NCBI GenBank assembly: GCA_964654855.1
Contig: CAZZJS010000004.1
Span: 133,146 to 197,145 of the forward strand
From: an uncultured Rickettsiales bacterium
Lineage (GTDB): Bacteria > Pseudomonadota > Alphaproteobacteria > Rickettsiales > JALZUV01
Length of the DNA stretch: 64,000 bases
Direction: 5' to 3'
In this document: piece after piece, positions 1 to 10,171 of the stretch
How the letters are laid out: the number at the start of each line of letters is the position of its first letter
Position numbering within the stretch: the first letter of the stretch is position 1
Position numbers and translations under genes: made by a program
Notes under the pieces: model-generated
What the model was told of the DNA's origin: nothing
The model's database searches: none
What the model saw: the letters and a program-made list of their open reading frames with translations, nothing else

Positions 1-1857
1 CACATAACCCTCTGCACCCACCAAAGTGGCACGAATAAAGATGATAAGCTCACGCTTCGTATCCGTTTTATCAACTGACTTGAACAGATTACCTAACCAC
101 GGAACCGATGCCACACCAGGTACACCAGTGTCAGTGTTGGAAGAACCTTGTTCCATTAATCCGCCAATAATCATCACCTGCCCACTCTTAAGCTTCAAAA
201 TAGAATCTAATTCACGGACTTCAACCACGGGAATCTCGTTAGTAATATTAACACCACCCCCTTGACTCGCCAAGAAAGCCACTGCCGGATCGCTCACAAA
301 ATTCGTCACGCGAGAAAGAGTTGGGCGAACCATTAGGGTAATCTCTCCCGTATCCACATTGATCGATGGTTGTAAAGTGAGGATAATCCCAATCGGTACG
401 GTCTTTACTTCACTATCAACAGTCAGCAGTTCTTGGTTTGTAGCAGTCGTTGTATCGGTTTCACGCTCTACATTAATTTCAAAATAAACAAAATTCTCTG
501 CAAAGGTCAGTACCGCTTGCTGATTATTGATTGCATGCAGGCGCGGGCTTGAAAGCGTGCGCGTTGTTCCAAATCGTTCTACTAACTGAATAAAATCATT
601 CAAGTCTGGACCAGCAGCACCATCCACATCACCACTGAGGCCACCAAATACCTTATCTGATAAGGTTGCGGTAAATCCACCATTGGTAAAATCAACAGGG
701 TTAAAGTTCGTCACCAATCCAATTTTATCGCTGATTGTCGACCACTCTACACCACTTTGATAGCGGTCATCCAAAAATACTTCGATTATTTTTGCTTCAA
801 TCAAAACTTGCGCTGAAGCATTTGAACGGATTCGGCGGATAAACCGCTCAACCAATTCGTGCTGCCGCTCTGAAGCGGAAACAGTCAAGATACCAGCCTG
901 CTTGTTTAGCACATAAAACCCTCCACCTGGGAGCACCTCAGCACCTTCTGGAGCATTGGTTGCTTGCGCATCTGCTTGGGGTTGTTGACCTAAATTTTGT
1001 TGTGGAGTTCCGGAAATAGCAACATCATCGCCTTGTACTGAGAAGAGGTTGACTGAGGCAACTTTTGAAGCGGGTGTATAGCTGAGTATCTGGCGAATAC
1101 CTCCTTCGAGGGATTGCCAAAAATCACTTTCCGTTACCGAATTAATCGTTTGAGTGGAGCCGGTATTTAAGCCACCTTCGCCGCCGCCGGAAGAAAGAAC
1201 GTTGGTGCTAATATTCACATCGCTTGTACTGCTACGCTGAATATTAAGGAAATCCATCGGATAACTCTCAATATAAGGAAGATCACGCTCTATCCGCAGC
1301 ACGCCCGCTTCCATCGTATAACGTAATGCCGCCATTGAGGCGATTCGGTCCACCACCTGATTGAAAGGTTTATTATTCGCAATGAAGGAGATACCTCCTT
1401 GAATGCCGGCATCTAGTTCAATATCCACATCGGCCAATCGCGCGAGTTCTAGAAGCACATCCTTCAACGGCACATCGTCTGTCACCGCAATCGAAACGAG
1501 CTGCGTTTCAGAAATTCTTGGCGGCTTTGGGGCTGAAAGAATCTGCTTTAAATTTGGTAATGGTGGCGGAGGCGGAGGTAGAAGCTCTGCTTTATTGACC
1601 TTTTCGCGCTTCTCAGGACGAGCCATATGGCGATAGTCATCGCGGCTTAAATCGAGAGAGGCATCAATATGGTCGTGGTTCTCAGGGTCAAACTTTGCAC
1701 GCAACTTATCGGTACACGCACTCAACAAGAGCACCCCCACAGCAGCAAAAGCAACTAATCTAATGGAAGAATTTCCCACCAATGATACCATTTTATTATT
1801 ATTCTTAGCACTTACTCTAACGCCTCTGCTGCCATCGCAGCAAGTAAAATCTCTCAT
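1..1857 (-). CDS. Secretin of the type IV pilus / type II secretion superfamily (MshL/PilQ-like lipoprotein); C-terminus lies beyond the left window edge
   Basis: Absent from the ORF track because it runs off the edge. The minus-strand frame is open from ATG at 1857 (AGGAAGGAA Shine-Dalgarno directly upstream, just after the pilD stop) down to base 1, 619 codons. My translation shows lipobox LLLSAC, a PPPPPPLP linker and a secretin C-domain (IPVVEVRELDSILKLKSGQVMIIGGLM...GVPGVASVPWLGNLFK...RELIIFIRATLV). Alternative start ATG 1791. Confidence 0.85.
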   Translation of the reverse strand, partial: MRDFTCCDGSRGVRVSAKNNNKMVSLVGNSSIRLVAFAAVGVLLLSACTDKLRAKFDPENHDHIDASLDLSRDDYRHMARPEKREKVNKAELLPPPPPPLPNLKQILSAPKPPRISETQLVSIAVTDDVPLKDVLLELARLADVDIELDAGIQGGISFIANNKPFNQVVDRIASMAALRYTMEAGVLRIERDLPYIESYPMDFLNIQRSSTSDVNISTNVLSSGGGEGGLNTGSTQTINSVTESDFWQSLEGGIRQILSYTPASKVASVNLFSVQGDDVAISGTPQQNLGQQPQADAQATNAPEGAEVLPGGGFYVLNKQAGILTVSASERQHELVERFIRRIRSNASAQVLIEAKIIEVFLDDRYQSGVEWSTISDKIGLVTNFNPVDFTNGGFTATLSDKVFGGLSGDVDGAAGPDLNDFIQLVERFGTTRTLSSPRLHAINNQQAVLTFAENFVYFEINVERETDTTTATNQELLTVDSEVKTVPIGIILTLQPSINVDTGEITLMVRPTLSRVTNFVSDPAVAFLASQGGGVNITNEIPVVEVRELDSILKLKSGQVMIIGGLMEQGSSNTDTGVPGVASVPWLGNLFKSVDKTDTKRELIIFIRATLVGAEGYV

Positions 1858-1867
1858 TTCCTTCCTA

Positions 1868-2626
1868 TTACAGAATTCCTTTTAGCATATCCCAAAAAGG
1901 CTGAACTAATTTAGGCGAAACGACCAAAATAAAGAGGGAAATTGCCAATGCTGGGCCGAATGGGAAACGCGGATCTCTGGAGATAAATTTCCACAAAATC
2001 CCCGTCATCACACCTAGCACTCCGCTATAGAAGATAAAGACTGACAGCTGGTTTAAGGAGGCCAACCACACCCCTGCAACAAATAAAAACTTCACATCTC
2101 CAAAGCCTAAACCATGCACTCCCCGCAACCAGTAGTACCCATAATGCAACAGCAAGCCAATTCCTCCGGCTAAAGCGATGCAACCCAGAACGTCCATCAT
2201 CGGAGTACCTAGCAACCAATGGTACGCAACCCCTAATGGAATAAGGAAAAGATGTATTTCATCAGGGATGAGTTTCGTTTCTAGATCCGAAATAATCATC
2301 GTAAGAAGCGCTGCTGAAAAAAGCGCAATAATTGCCGCCTCTTCAGTCAGACCATAATGCTCATAGGCAAAAAGAAACAATGCCGCACAAACAAGCTCAA
2401 TCAAAGGATAGCGTATACTCACTTTTGTTTTGCAATGCCGACACTTTCCGCCTGCTAGCAACCATGAAAAGATAGGGATCAAATCAAGCCCTCTAAGCCC
2501 TGTTTTACAAGACGGGCAAAAAGAGCGCGGTGCTATAATTGATTGCTCCATCGGCAGCCGGTAGCTAGCCATCGTTATAAAGCTACCAAAGCATAAACCC
2601 ACCAGAGCTACGAGTGCATAATCCAT
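1868..2626 (-). CDS. pilD: Prepilin peptidase / N-methyltransferase (peptidase A24 family)
   Basis: 252 aa and polytopic. Has the CPSC...CRHC four-Cys motif and the catalytic Asp motifs (ISDLETKLIPDE, GFGDVKF). Sits immediately upstream of the secretin on the same strand. Confidence 0.9.
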   Translation of the reverse strand: MDYALVALVGLCFGSFITMASYRLPMEQSIIAPRSFCPSCKTGLRGLDLIPIFSWLLAGGKCRHCKTKVSIRYPLIELVCAALFLFAYEHYGLTEEAAIIALFSAALLTMIISDLETKLIPDEIHLFLIPLGVAYHWLLGTPMMDVLGCIALAGGIGLLLHYGYYWLRGVHGLGFGDVKFLFVAGVWLASLNQLSVFIFYSGVLGVMTGILWKFISRDPRFPFGPALAISLFILVVSPKLVQPFWDMLKGIL

Positions 2627-2717
2627 AAAAATAACCTATCTTTTTCATCTTGTAGGTGACAGCTCCTTCACAATCCTGCTAGAAGGCAAAGTCTAAATTC
2701 TAAATTCTGGAGCATCC

Positions 2718-3161
2718 ATGCCACACACATCTGAAACGATCGCCATCGCCTCCGACCATGCGGGAGTTGACCTGAAAGCGCACCTAATCAAAGAATTGAA
2801 TGCCCTAGGATACAATCCAATTGACCTCGGAACGCATAGCACTGACTCGGTCGATTATCCAGATTACGCCCATGCTGTAGCAGGTAAGATCACCTCTGGT
2901 GAAGCTAACCGTGGGGTCGTTATTTGTGGCAGCGGCATCGGCATTTCTATCGCAGCTAACCGCCATAAAAACATTCGAGCGGCTCTTTGTCATTCAGGAC
3001 TAGAAGCAAAGCTTTCCCGTAAACATAATGATGCAAACGTGCTGGCTCTTGGTGCGCGCATTATTGGGCTCGAAAGCGCCAAAGACGCATTACGTACCTT
3101 CCTCAGCACAGAGTTTGAAGGCGGACGACACAAGAAACGTGTCGATAAAATAGAAGCTTAA
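2718..3161 (+). CDS. rpiB: Ribose-5-phosphate isomerase B
   Basis: 147 aa. IAIASDHAGVDLK...VVICGSGIGISIAANR is typical of the RpiB/LacAB family. Confidence 0.9.
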   Translation: MPHTSETIAIASDHAGVDLKAHLIKELNALGYNPIDLGTHSTDSVDYPDYAHAVAGKITSGEANRGVVICGSGIGISIAANRHKNIRAALCHSGLEAKLSRKHNDANVLALGARIIGLESAKDALRTFLSTEFEGGRHKKRVDKIEA

Positions 3162-3206
3162 GCACTTCTTAACGAATTCGTCATAGTTTTATGCTAGGAT
3201 CATCAT

Positions 3207-3437
3207 ATGGATATAAGTGCAGTTAAAAATCTTTCTACACGCAATAAAGCTTTTATTGGCATTGCGGGAGTTTCTCTAGCCGGCTTTGGCCTAGGCTTTG
3301 GAGACTGTCTTTTTGATATTGATAAAGCAGATGCTTGCGTCGCTCATGCACAGGGCTGGATTGAGCCTTTCCAAAAAATTGGTGACCATTTAATCAAGTG
3401 GATCATTGCCATTTTTAAAGCCGCTTTTGCTGGTTAG
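3207..3437 (+). CDS. Hypothetical small protein (76 aa)
   Basis: The only ORF in this gap. It has a Gly/Ala-rich hydrophobic segment. No recognisable family. Confidence 0.3.
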   Translation: MDISAVKNLSTRNKAFIGIAGVSLAGFGLGFGDCLFDIDKADACVAHAQGWIEPFQKIGDHLIKWIIAIFKAAFAG

Positions 3438-3490
3438 AAAACCCCTCAGATCTTTAAACTTCTTTAATAAATACTCCGTACACTAGGCTC

Positions 3491-4126
3491 ATGCTATTAC
3501 GGTTACTCACCATTACTTCCTGCCTGCTCTATTTCACCCTAGTGGCTTGGGGGGCTCAAGCGTCTGAAGATTTTTCTTCTAAAAAAGGCGATACCGTCTT
3601 TCGCGGACGAGTGGTTGCCGTTGTGCCAGATGCTAGCGGGACTATCGTGCCTATTGGCGGTGAACCTCATATCACTACCGCTATCTTACCCGAACCAAGT
3701 GTGAGTTACTTTCTCACGGACAATATTGCCGTTGAAGGTATTTTCGGGATTATTCCGCATCGCGCTAAAGCGGTAAATACTGCTCTTGGCACTCGCGATG
3801 CAGGTTATATTTATGCCGTCGCGCCCACCGTTATGCTGCAATATCACAAACAAGTAACCGAGCGCGTAAAACCTTATGTCGGGATGGGCATGGCTTACGT
3901 CAAATATTTCGAAGATGATACGATCGATCAATTGCAGTATAAAGACGACATTGCCGCAATCGTTCAAGCGGGAGTGGATGTTGCGATCACCGATAAGCTT
4001 CATGCGAATGTGGATGTTAAAAAAGCGTGGGTCGATACAGAAGTAAAAATTAATCGTGGCGCTGGTAGTGCGAACGTAAGCTTTGACCCCACCATTTATG
4101 GCATCGGCTTAGGATATAAATTCTAG
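3491..4126 (+). CDS. OmpW-family outer-membrane beta-barrel protein
   Basis: 211 aa with a signal peptide (…VAWGAQA/SE). Has alternating beta-strand patterns and a C-terminal YGIGLGYKF ending in Phe. Confidence 0.75.
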   Translation: MLLRLLTITSCLLYFTLVAWGAQASEDFSSKKGDTVFRGRVVAVVPDASGTIVPIGGEPHITTAILPEPSVSYFLTDNIAVEGIFGIIPHRAKAVNTALGTRDAGYIYAVAPTVMLQYHKQVTERVKPYVGMGMAYVKYFEDDTIDQLQYKDDIAAIVQAGVDVAITDKLHANVDVKKAWVDTEVKINRGAGSANVSFDPTIYGIGLGYKF

Positions 4127-4145
4127 CATTGCTGTCCCTGCTCGC

Positions 4146-5960
4146 TTGGGCAATACTACTCGCATGGAAGCGGGCACTGAAACCATCAAACATTATGTGA
4201 AGACTCTCCCTCACGGGCCGGGTGTATATCGTATGATTGATGAGGGTGGGAAAATTCTCTATGTCGGCAAAGCGCGTGATTTAAAGAGTCGTGTTACTAA
4301 TTATACCTCGCTTGCAGGTAAAAATAACCGTCTCGCCAAAATGATCATACAAACCGCAAGCATGGAATTTGTTACCACGCGTAACGAGGCAGAGGCTTTA
4401 TTGCTTGAAGCCAATCTCATCAAAAAACTGGGGCCTCGCTACAATATTTTACTGCGTGACGGCAAAACCTTTCCTTTCCTGCGAATGACCGCGCATGAAT
4501 TTCCGCGAGTTTCCAAATATCGCGGAACCAAAGACGAAAAGGGCGACTATTTTGGCCCTTTCGCCTCTGCTGGTGACGTTGATAAAACCATCAAGCAGCT
4601 GCAGCGAGTTTTCCTACTTCGTCCTTGTACTGATAATATGTTTGAGAGCCGTACTCGCCCCTGCCTACAATATCAAATCAAACGCTGTTCAGCCCCTTGC
4701 GTGGATTATATTAGCAAAAATAATTACCACACCTTGCTAAAGCAAGCGAAGGACTTCTTACGCGGCAAAAGTCGTCACGTACAGGATAATTTACTGGCAG
4801 AAATGAATGCGGCCAGTGAAGCGATGGATTATGAGCAGGCTGCTAAATTACGCGACCGCTTAAGAGCCCTTTCACAAATTCAACGCGAACAAGGCCTGTA
4901 CTTCCCTCGTATTAATGATGCAGATGTGATTGCCATTGCCTGCCAAAAAGGAACCGCTTGCGTACAAGTCTTTTTCTTTCGTGAAGGTCAAAATTATGGC
5001 AACCAGCCGCATTTTCTTAAAATTCAAGACGGGCAAACTGAAGCGGAAATCTTAAACGCTTTCTTACCGCAATTTTATCAACGCCGAACTCCCCCTAAGC
5101 AGCTCCTTTTAAGCCACTCGGTTGAAGAGAAGCTACTGCTAGAGGAGGCTCTCGCTACTAAAATACTGATACCTCAGCGAGGCGAGAAAGCAGACGCGAT
5201 GAAACAGGTAGTGCAAAATGCCAAACAATCGCTCAAACGTCATCTCGATACACGCATGAGTCAAACCGCTCATCTTGAAAAGCTCGCCGAGTTATTTGAC
5301 CTTGATAACATTCCAGAACGGATCGAAGTTTACGATAATAGCCATATCTCGGGTACTCATGCTGTTGGTGGAATGATTGTCGCAAGCGCGGATGGGTTTA
5401 TCAAAAACCAATATCGTAAATTCACGATTAAAGAAGCCGCCACCGATGATGATTTTGGCATGATGCGCGAGGTGCTCTCTCGACGATTAAAACGATTGGG
5501 CGAAGAAGATACTCCTATTCCACTGCTTTTAATTGATGGAGGAAAAGGCCAACTCTCTGCCGTGCGTGAAGTGATGGAGGAACTTGGTGTTTGGGAACAG
5601 GTACCAGTCGTTGCCATCTCCAAAGGACCTGACCGCCATGCAGGACGGGAGAAGTTTCATGTGCCTGGCAAGCCAGAGTTTCAACTGCCTATTAATGACC
5701 CTACCCTACATTACCTCCAGCGCCTTCGTGACGAAGCCCATCGCTTTGCCATTGGTGCACATCGCAATAAACGCTCCTCTAGTTTAAAGAAATCAGAGCT
5801 CGACACGATTAAAGGCGTTGGCGCAAAACGTAAAAAAGCATTATTGCAGCATTTTGGTTCCGCCCGCGCAGTTAGCAATGCTAGTTTAGAAGAAATCTCA
5901 GCCGTGGAAGGCATTAACGCCAAAACTGCCCAAACCATTTGGCAGCAATTTCATGGTTAA
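4146..5960 (+). CDS. uvrC: Excinuclease ABC subunit C
   Basis: 604 aa. GIY-YIG N-terminus (GVYRMIDEGGKILYVGKARDLKSRV), UVR domain (YEQAAKLRDRLRAL) and C-terminal HhH. TTG start in the track. Confidence 0.95.
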   Translation: MGNTTRMEAGTETIKHYVKTLPHGPGVYRMIDEGGKILYVGKARDLKSRVTNYTSLAGKNNRLAKMIIQTASMEFVTTRNEAEALLLEANLIKKLGPRYNILLRDGKTFPFLRMTAHEFPRVSKYRGTKDEKGDYFGPFASAGDVDKTIKQLQRVFLLRPCTDNMFESRTRPCLQYQIKRCSAPCVDYISKNNYHTLLKQAKDFLRGKSRHVQDNLLAEMNAASEAMDYEQAAKLRDRLRALSQIQREQGLYFPRINDADVIAIACQKGTACVQVFFFREGQNYGNQPHFLKIQDGQTEAEILNAFLPQFYQRRTPPKQLLLSHSVEEKLLLEEALATKILIPQRGEKADAMKQVVQNAKQSLKRHLDTRMSQTAHLEKLAELFDLDNIPERIEVYDNSHISGTHAVGGMIVASADGFIKNQYRKFTIKEAATDDDFGMMREVLSRRLKRLGEEDTPIPLLLIDGGKGQLSAVREVMEELGVWEQVPVVAISKGPDRHAGREKFHVPGKPEFQLPINDPTLHYLQRLRDEAHRFAIGAHRNKRSSSLKKSELDTIKGVGAKRKKALLQHFGSARAVSNASLEEISAVEGINAKTAQTIWQQFHG

Positions 5961-5961
5961 A

Positions 5962-6939
5962 TTATTTTTGCAAAAGTTGCTTATTAATCGCCGGCACTTG
6001 TTTCGATAACTCGCGTTTTCCGACAAACGGAATGAGTTTCTCTTTCAACGCATTATTAAGAAATGTCGCCTGATTACCCGGATTAGTCGGATAAGATGTT
6101 GCCAGAATAAATTTTCCATGTTGCTGGGCGATACGAATAAGTCTTAAATCCCACTTCGTCCAATCGGCAATTTTATCATCATCAAACCATAAATCTTCGA
6201 CGCCCATGCCATCAATCGCACGTAAATAATTTAAGTTTGGTGCATTTTTATTATTTTCCAGTCCGATTAATTCCACCGCATTTTGCGGGATGATTTTAAA
6301 GCTCGGATTTATTTGCTTGGTCGCATTAGAAATACGAATTACAAAATTCTCCATTTCCTGACGAAGCTGTTGTTTATTACTAGGATAAGCTGCGATGACA
6401 GACGGTTGCTGATAGCCATCAATAATGTCTAAATAAACACCATTAAATCCCATTTGTGCGATTATTTTTGCTTTGGAAATAATAATATTTTGCCAATTTT
6501 TATCCCAGAATTTTACTCGAAAATTTCCACGCCAATTTTTATTTTCATCTAGAATAAAATCTGGATTATTTCTTCTCCAATTGGACTGCCAATAGGTTCG
6601 ATAATTTTCCGCTTCACCAATACTCAAATAGGAAAAAACGGTTTTCCCTGTCTTTTTTAATTCATTCACTTGAGTAGAAGTTAATCTTGAATCATCGACG
6701 TCCACGACCATAATTTTCGCCGCATGCGAATGCGCTAACTGTGAGTAGCGAATCCCATTTAATGCATAGAGATAATTATAAATTTCATTTCCCTTTGTTA
6801 CTTTGGCAAGAGGGGATTGTATGGCTTGTGGTTGAGTTTTTATAATTTCTGATTTTGTTGGTCGAGGTTTAGCACATCCCGTTAGCGACGGAGCAATCAC
6901 TCCCAACATAGCGGCGATTAAAATGAGATATTTAATCAT
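5962..6939 (-). CDS. GH114 / TM1410-like putative glycoside hydrolase lipoprotein
   Basis: Pattern VFSYLSIGEAENYRTYW...FWDKNW...GFNGVYLDIIDGY fits the GH114 (endo-alpha-1,4-polygalactosaminidase-like, MJ1477/TM1410) TIM-barrel family. Lipobox LTGC follows MIKYLILIAAMLGVIAPS. I moved the start from the track (6978) to ATG 6939, which overlaps the upstream stop as ATGATTAA. A hand count of one 60-nt sample gave about 33% GC. Confidence 0.6.
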   Translation of the reverse strand: MIKYLILIAAMLGVIAPSLTGCAKPRPTKSEIIKTQPQAIQSPLAKVTKGNEIYNYLYALNGIRYSQLAHSHAAKIMVVDVDDSRLTSTQVNELKKTGKTVFSYLSIGEAENYRTYWQSNWRRNNPDFILDENKNWRGNFRVKFWDKNWQNIIISKAKIIAQMGFNGVYLDIIDGYQQPSVIAAYPSNKQQLRQEMENFVIRISNATKQINPSFKIIPQNAVELIGLENNKNAPNLNYLRAIDGMGVEDLWFDDDKIADWTKWDLRLIRIAQQHGKFILATSYPTNPGNQATFLNNALKEKLIPFVGKRELSKQVPAINKQLLQK

Positions 6940-7450
6940 TCTCCAATCTCTCCAACCTTGGCAAAATTTCATTTTCAATATGTGCTTCTGTTAGAAGCCC
7001 TTGATGAATATACACGATTTTCTGTGTTGCATCCAGCAATAGCGTGGTGGGCACTCCGGTAATACCTAAATCCCAAATAAAGGTAAGCCCTTTATCAATG
7101 CCAATTTCAGTATAAGGATTGCCATATTTTTCTAGCCATTCTTTCAAATCTTCCGGCTTATCTTTAAAAGCGATTCCATAAACGGGTAGATGGCGACGTA
7201 GAGTCTGGAGCGCTGGAATTTCTTTAATACAAGGCGTACACCAGCTGGCAAATAAATTGATAATTTTAGGGCCATCTGTTTCTAACGCCCATTTAGCTGT
7301 AGAGACTGTCCCACCATCTAATGCATTTAATTCCAAAGGTGGCATCGGGCGCTCTTGATAAACATCTAATGGTTCATCTGCTGAAATCACCAAATAAATT
7401 GTCGCTAAAATAACAACAATGAGTGAGCCCGCTCTGAACCATTTCCACAT
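6932..7450 (-). CDS. TlpA/DsbE-family periplasmic thiol:disulfide oxidoreductase
   Basis: Thioredoxin fold with a WCTPC active site and GITGVPTTLLLD, plus an N-terminal membrane anchor. The track ORF (to 7696) overlaps secA out of frame. The real start is ATG 7450 (MWKWFRAGSLIVV...), 4 nt after the secA stop. Confidence 0.8.
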   Translation of the reverse strand: MWKWFRAGSLIVVILATIYLVISADEPLDVYQERPMPPLELNALDGGTVSTAKWALETDGPKIINLFASWCTPCIKEIPALQTLRRHLPVYGIAFKDKPEDLKEWLEKYGNPYTEIGIDKGLTFIWDLGITGVPTTLLLDATQKIVYIHQGLLTEAHIENEILPRLERLEND

Positions 7451-7454
7451 AATT

Positions 7455-10121
7455 TTAATCCAACTTTCCGTGACAATGTTTATATTTCTTACCAGAACCA
7501 CACGGGCATTGCTCATTACGCCCCACCCTACCCCAAGTTTGCGGGTCACTTGCATCGCGATTCTCAGGACGAACACGCATTTGTGCGGCACTACCACCAG
7601 CGGCTTCAGCTTCTGCCTGTGGACCACGATTCTCATGCATTTCTTGCGTTTGCTGTAGCGGTTCCAGTTCTTCCGGAGCTTGAGCTTGCACTTCAATATG
7701 CGCTAAGCGGTTTGTGGTTAATTCACGCAGACGGTTTAAGAGACTCGAGAATAATGCAAAAGCCTCGCGCTTATATTCATTCAGCGGATCTTTCTGACCG
7801 TAACCGCGAAGGCCAATTCCTTGACGAAGTTGGTCAAGTTGCAGCAGATGGTCTTTCCATAACTCATCCAGCGTTTGCAAGAGCACATGCTTTTCTACCA
7901 TCCGCATCATCGGCTCGGTAAAGCGTTGCTCTTTATCTTTCATCAAGGCTTCCACCGCGTGGATGACTCGCTCAGAAATTTCTTCAGTGCCGATACCTTC
8001 TTCTTCTGCCCATTCTTGTACTGGCAAATGCAGGCCAAAACGACGGAATACTTCTTTTTCTAAAGACTCAGGCTCCCATTGCTCAGGGTAAGATTTTGGC
8101 GGAATATACGCTTCAACGGTTTCATTCGCTACGTCTTCACGCATTTCTGCTACGACATCCGAAAGATCATCTTCTTCCATCATCTCGATGCGTTGGCCGA
8201 AAATTACCTTGCGCTGGTCATTCATCACATCGTCAAATTTCAGCAAGTTCTTACGGATATCATAGTTACGCGCCTCGACCTTGCCTTGCGCTTTTTCAAT
8301 CGCTTTATTCATCCATGGATGGGTAATGGCCTCGCCCTCTTGAAGACCAAGTTTTTTCAGCACGCCATCAATGCGCTCTGATCCAAAAATACGCATCAAG
8401 TCATCTTCTAATGATAGATAGAATTTTGAGCCCCCAGGATCCCCCTGACGACCCGAACGACCTCGTAGCTGATTATCAATACGGCGAGATTCGTGACGTT
8501 CCGTACCAATCACATAAAGGCCACCAGCTTCTAAAACTTTCTGCTTATTGGCTTCATATTCAGCTTCCGAAAGTTTCTTGCCTTTTTCATCCTCAAATTC
8601 AGGATTACCACCAAGCATAATATCGGTACCACGGCCGGCCATATTGGTTGCAATTGTCACGCCCCCCGGACGCCCCGCTTGCGCCACAATTTGCGCCTCA
8701 GATTCGTGATGTTTCGCATTTAAAACATGGTGCGGTACTTTTGATTTCTTCAGGAGTTTCGATAAATATTCTGATTTCTCAATACTTACCGTACCGACCA
8801 AAACCGGTTGCCCACGACCATGACATTCTTTGATTTGCTCAATCACCGCATCATAACGCTCCAACGCGGTACGATAAATTTCATCATCTGAATCTTCACG
8901 TGCAACCGGTACATTGGTTGGAATCGCGATCACTTCTAACCCGTAAATATCACCAAACTCTGTCGCTTCGGTCATCGCTGTCCCTGTCATGCCGGAAAGC
9001 TTTGGATACATGCGGAAATAATTTTGGAAGGTAATAGAAGCGAGCGTCTGATTCTCATTCTGAATCTGCGCATCTTCTTTTGCTTCCAAAGCCTGATGCA
9101 AGCCTTCCGAGAAACGACGGCCTTCCATCATACGGCCCGTAAATTCATCAATAATCACGACCTTATTATCTTGGACGATATAATCGACTTCTTTGGTGAA
9201 TAGCGTATGCGCTTTAAGTGCCTGATTCACATGATGCACAAGTGAAACGTTATTAATGTCATAAAGGCTTGCACCCTGCTCCATCAACCCAGCGCCAACA
9301 AGCAAGTTTTCCATGAATTCCACGCCATCTTCGGTCAATGAAACTGAGCGAGATTTTTCATCTTTCTCGTAATGTTCCTCTTTAATTTCTGGCAGGAGTT
9401 TATCAATCTGCGTATAGAGCTCGGAATTATCTTCCGTTGGGCCTGAAATAATCAACGGCGTTCGCGCTTCATCAATCAGGATGGAATCTACCTCATCAAT
9501 CACGGCAAAATTAAACGGACGTTGCACCATTTCTTCGCGACTGAATTTCATATTATCGCGCAAATAATCGAAGCCAAATTCGTTATTCGTACCGTAAGTA
9601 ATGTCACATGCATACGCTTCTTGGCGGCCTACATCATCCAAATTATTTAGAATGCAACCAACCGAGAGACCCAGAAATCTATAAAGCTCACCCATCCAGT
9701 TTGAGTCACGTTCAGCCAAGTAATCATTGACCGTCACCACATGGACACCTTTGCCCTCCAACGCATTGAGATAAACAGCCAGTGTCGCTACCAGCGTTTT
9801 ACCTTCACCGGTCTTCATCTCAGAGATCATGCCCTTATGCAGCACCATCGCACCGACTAATTGCACATCAAACGGGCGCATGCCTAAAGCACGTTTCGAC
9901 GCTTCGCGCACCGTGGCAAAAGCTTCATGCAAAATATCGTCAAGCGTCTCTTTACCTGATAAGCGCTCACGGAACCACTGAGTACGACCACGCAGCTCTT
10001 CATCGCTTAATTTAGCGGTTTCTTCTTCCAACGCATTAATGCGCGAAACATCCTTCTGCATAGACTTTACAAAACGATCATTCGATGAGCCAAACAGGCT
10101 CTTAGCAATATTTCCTATCAT
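7455..10121 (-). CDS. secA: Preprotein translocase ATPase SecA
   Basis: 888 aa. Full-length SecA signature including the C-terminal zinc motif [14 protein letters not shown]. Confidence 0.97.
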   Translation of the reverse strand: MIGNIAKSLFGSSNDRFVKSMQKDVSRINALEEETAKLSDEELRGRTQWFRERLSGKETLDDILHEAFATVREASKRALGMRPFDVQLVGAMVLHKGMISEMKTGEGKTLVATLAVYLNALEGKGVHVVTVNDYLAERDSNWMGELYRFLGLSVGCILNNLDDVGRQEAYACDITYGTNNEFGFDYLRDNMKFSREEMVQRPFNFAVIDEVDSILIDEARTPLIISGPTEDNSELYTQIDKLLPEIKEEHYEKDEKSRSVSLTEDGVEFMENLLVGAGLMEQGASLYDINNVSLVHHVNQALKAHTLFTKEVDYIVQDNKVVIIDEFTGRMMEGRRFSEGLHQALEAKEDAQIQNENQTLASITFQNYFRMYPKLSGMTGTAMTEATEFGDIYGLEVIAIPTNVPVAREDSDDEIYRTALERYDAVIEQIKECHGRGQPVLVGTVSIEKSEYLSKLLKKSKVPHHVLNAKHHESEAQIVAQAGRPGGVTIATNMAGRGTDIMLGGNPEFEDEKGKKLSEAEYEANKQKVLEAGGLYVIGTERHESRRIDNQLRGRSGRQGDPGGSKFYLSLEDDLMRIFGSERIDGVLKKLGLQEGEAITHPWMNKAIEKAQGKVEARNYDIRKNLLKFDDVMNDQRKVIFGQRIEMMEEDDLSDVVAEMREDVANETVEAYIPPKSYPEQWEPESLEKEVFRRFGLHLPVQEWAEEEGIGTEEISERVIHAVEALMKDKEQRFTEPMMRMVEKHVLLQTLDELWKDHLLQLDQLRQGIGLRGYGQKDPLNEYKREAFALFSSLLNRLRELTTNRLAHIEVQAQAPEELEPLQQTQEMHENRGPQAEAEAAGGSAAQMRVRPENRDASDPQTWGRVGRNEQCPCGSGKKYKHCHGKLD

Positions 10122-10171
10122 GCTTGATGATGTAGTGCAGATAGGGGGATAAATCTAGGGGTGATTTAAAT

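Noticed and set aside
7451-7696. An 82-codon N-terminal extension of the TlpA-like ORF in the track (6932..7696).
   Set aside because: It overlaps the 3' end of secA out of frame. The thioredoxin-like protein begins sensibly at ATG 7450 with a membrane anchor.
7550-10015. Multiple 60-125-aa + strand ORFs inside secA, with similar antisense ORFs inside mutL, purH, capD, gdhB, rho and yejA.
   Set aside because: They are all nested antisense or out of frame within long, well-supported genes. These are typical shadow ORFs.
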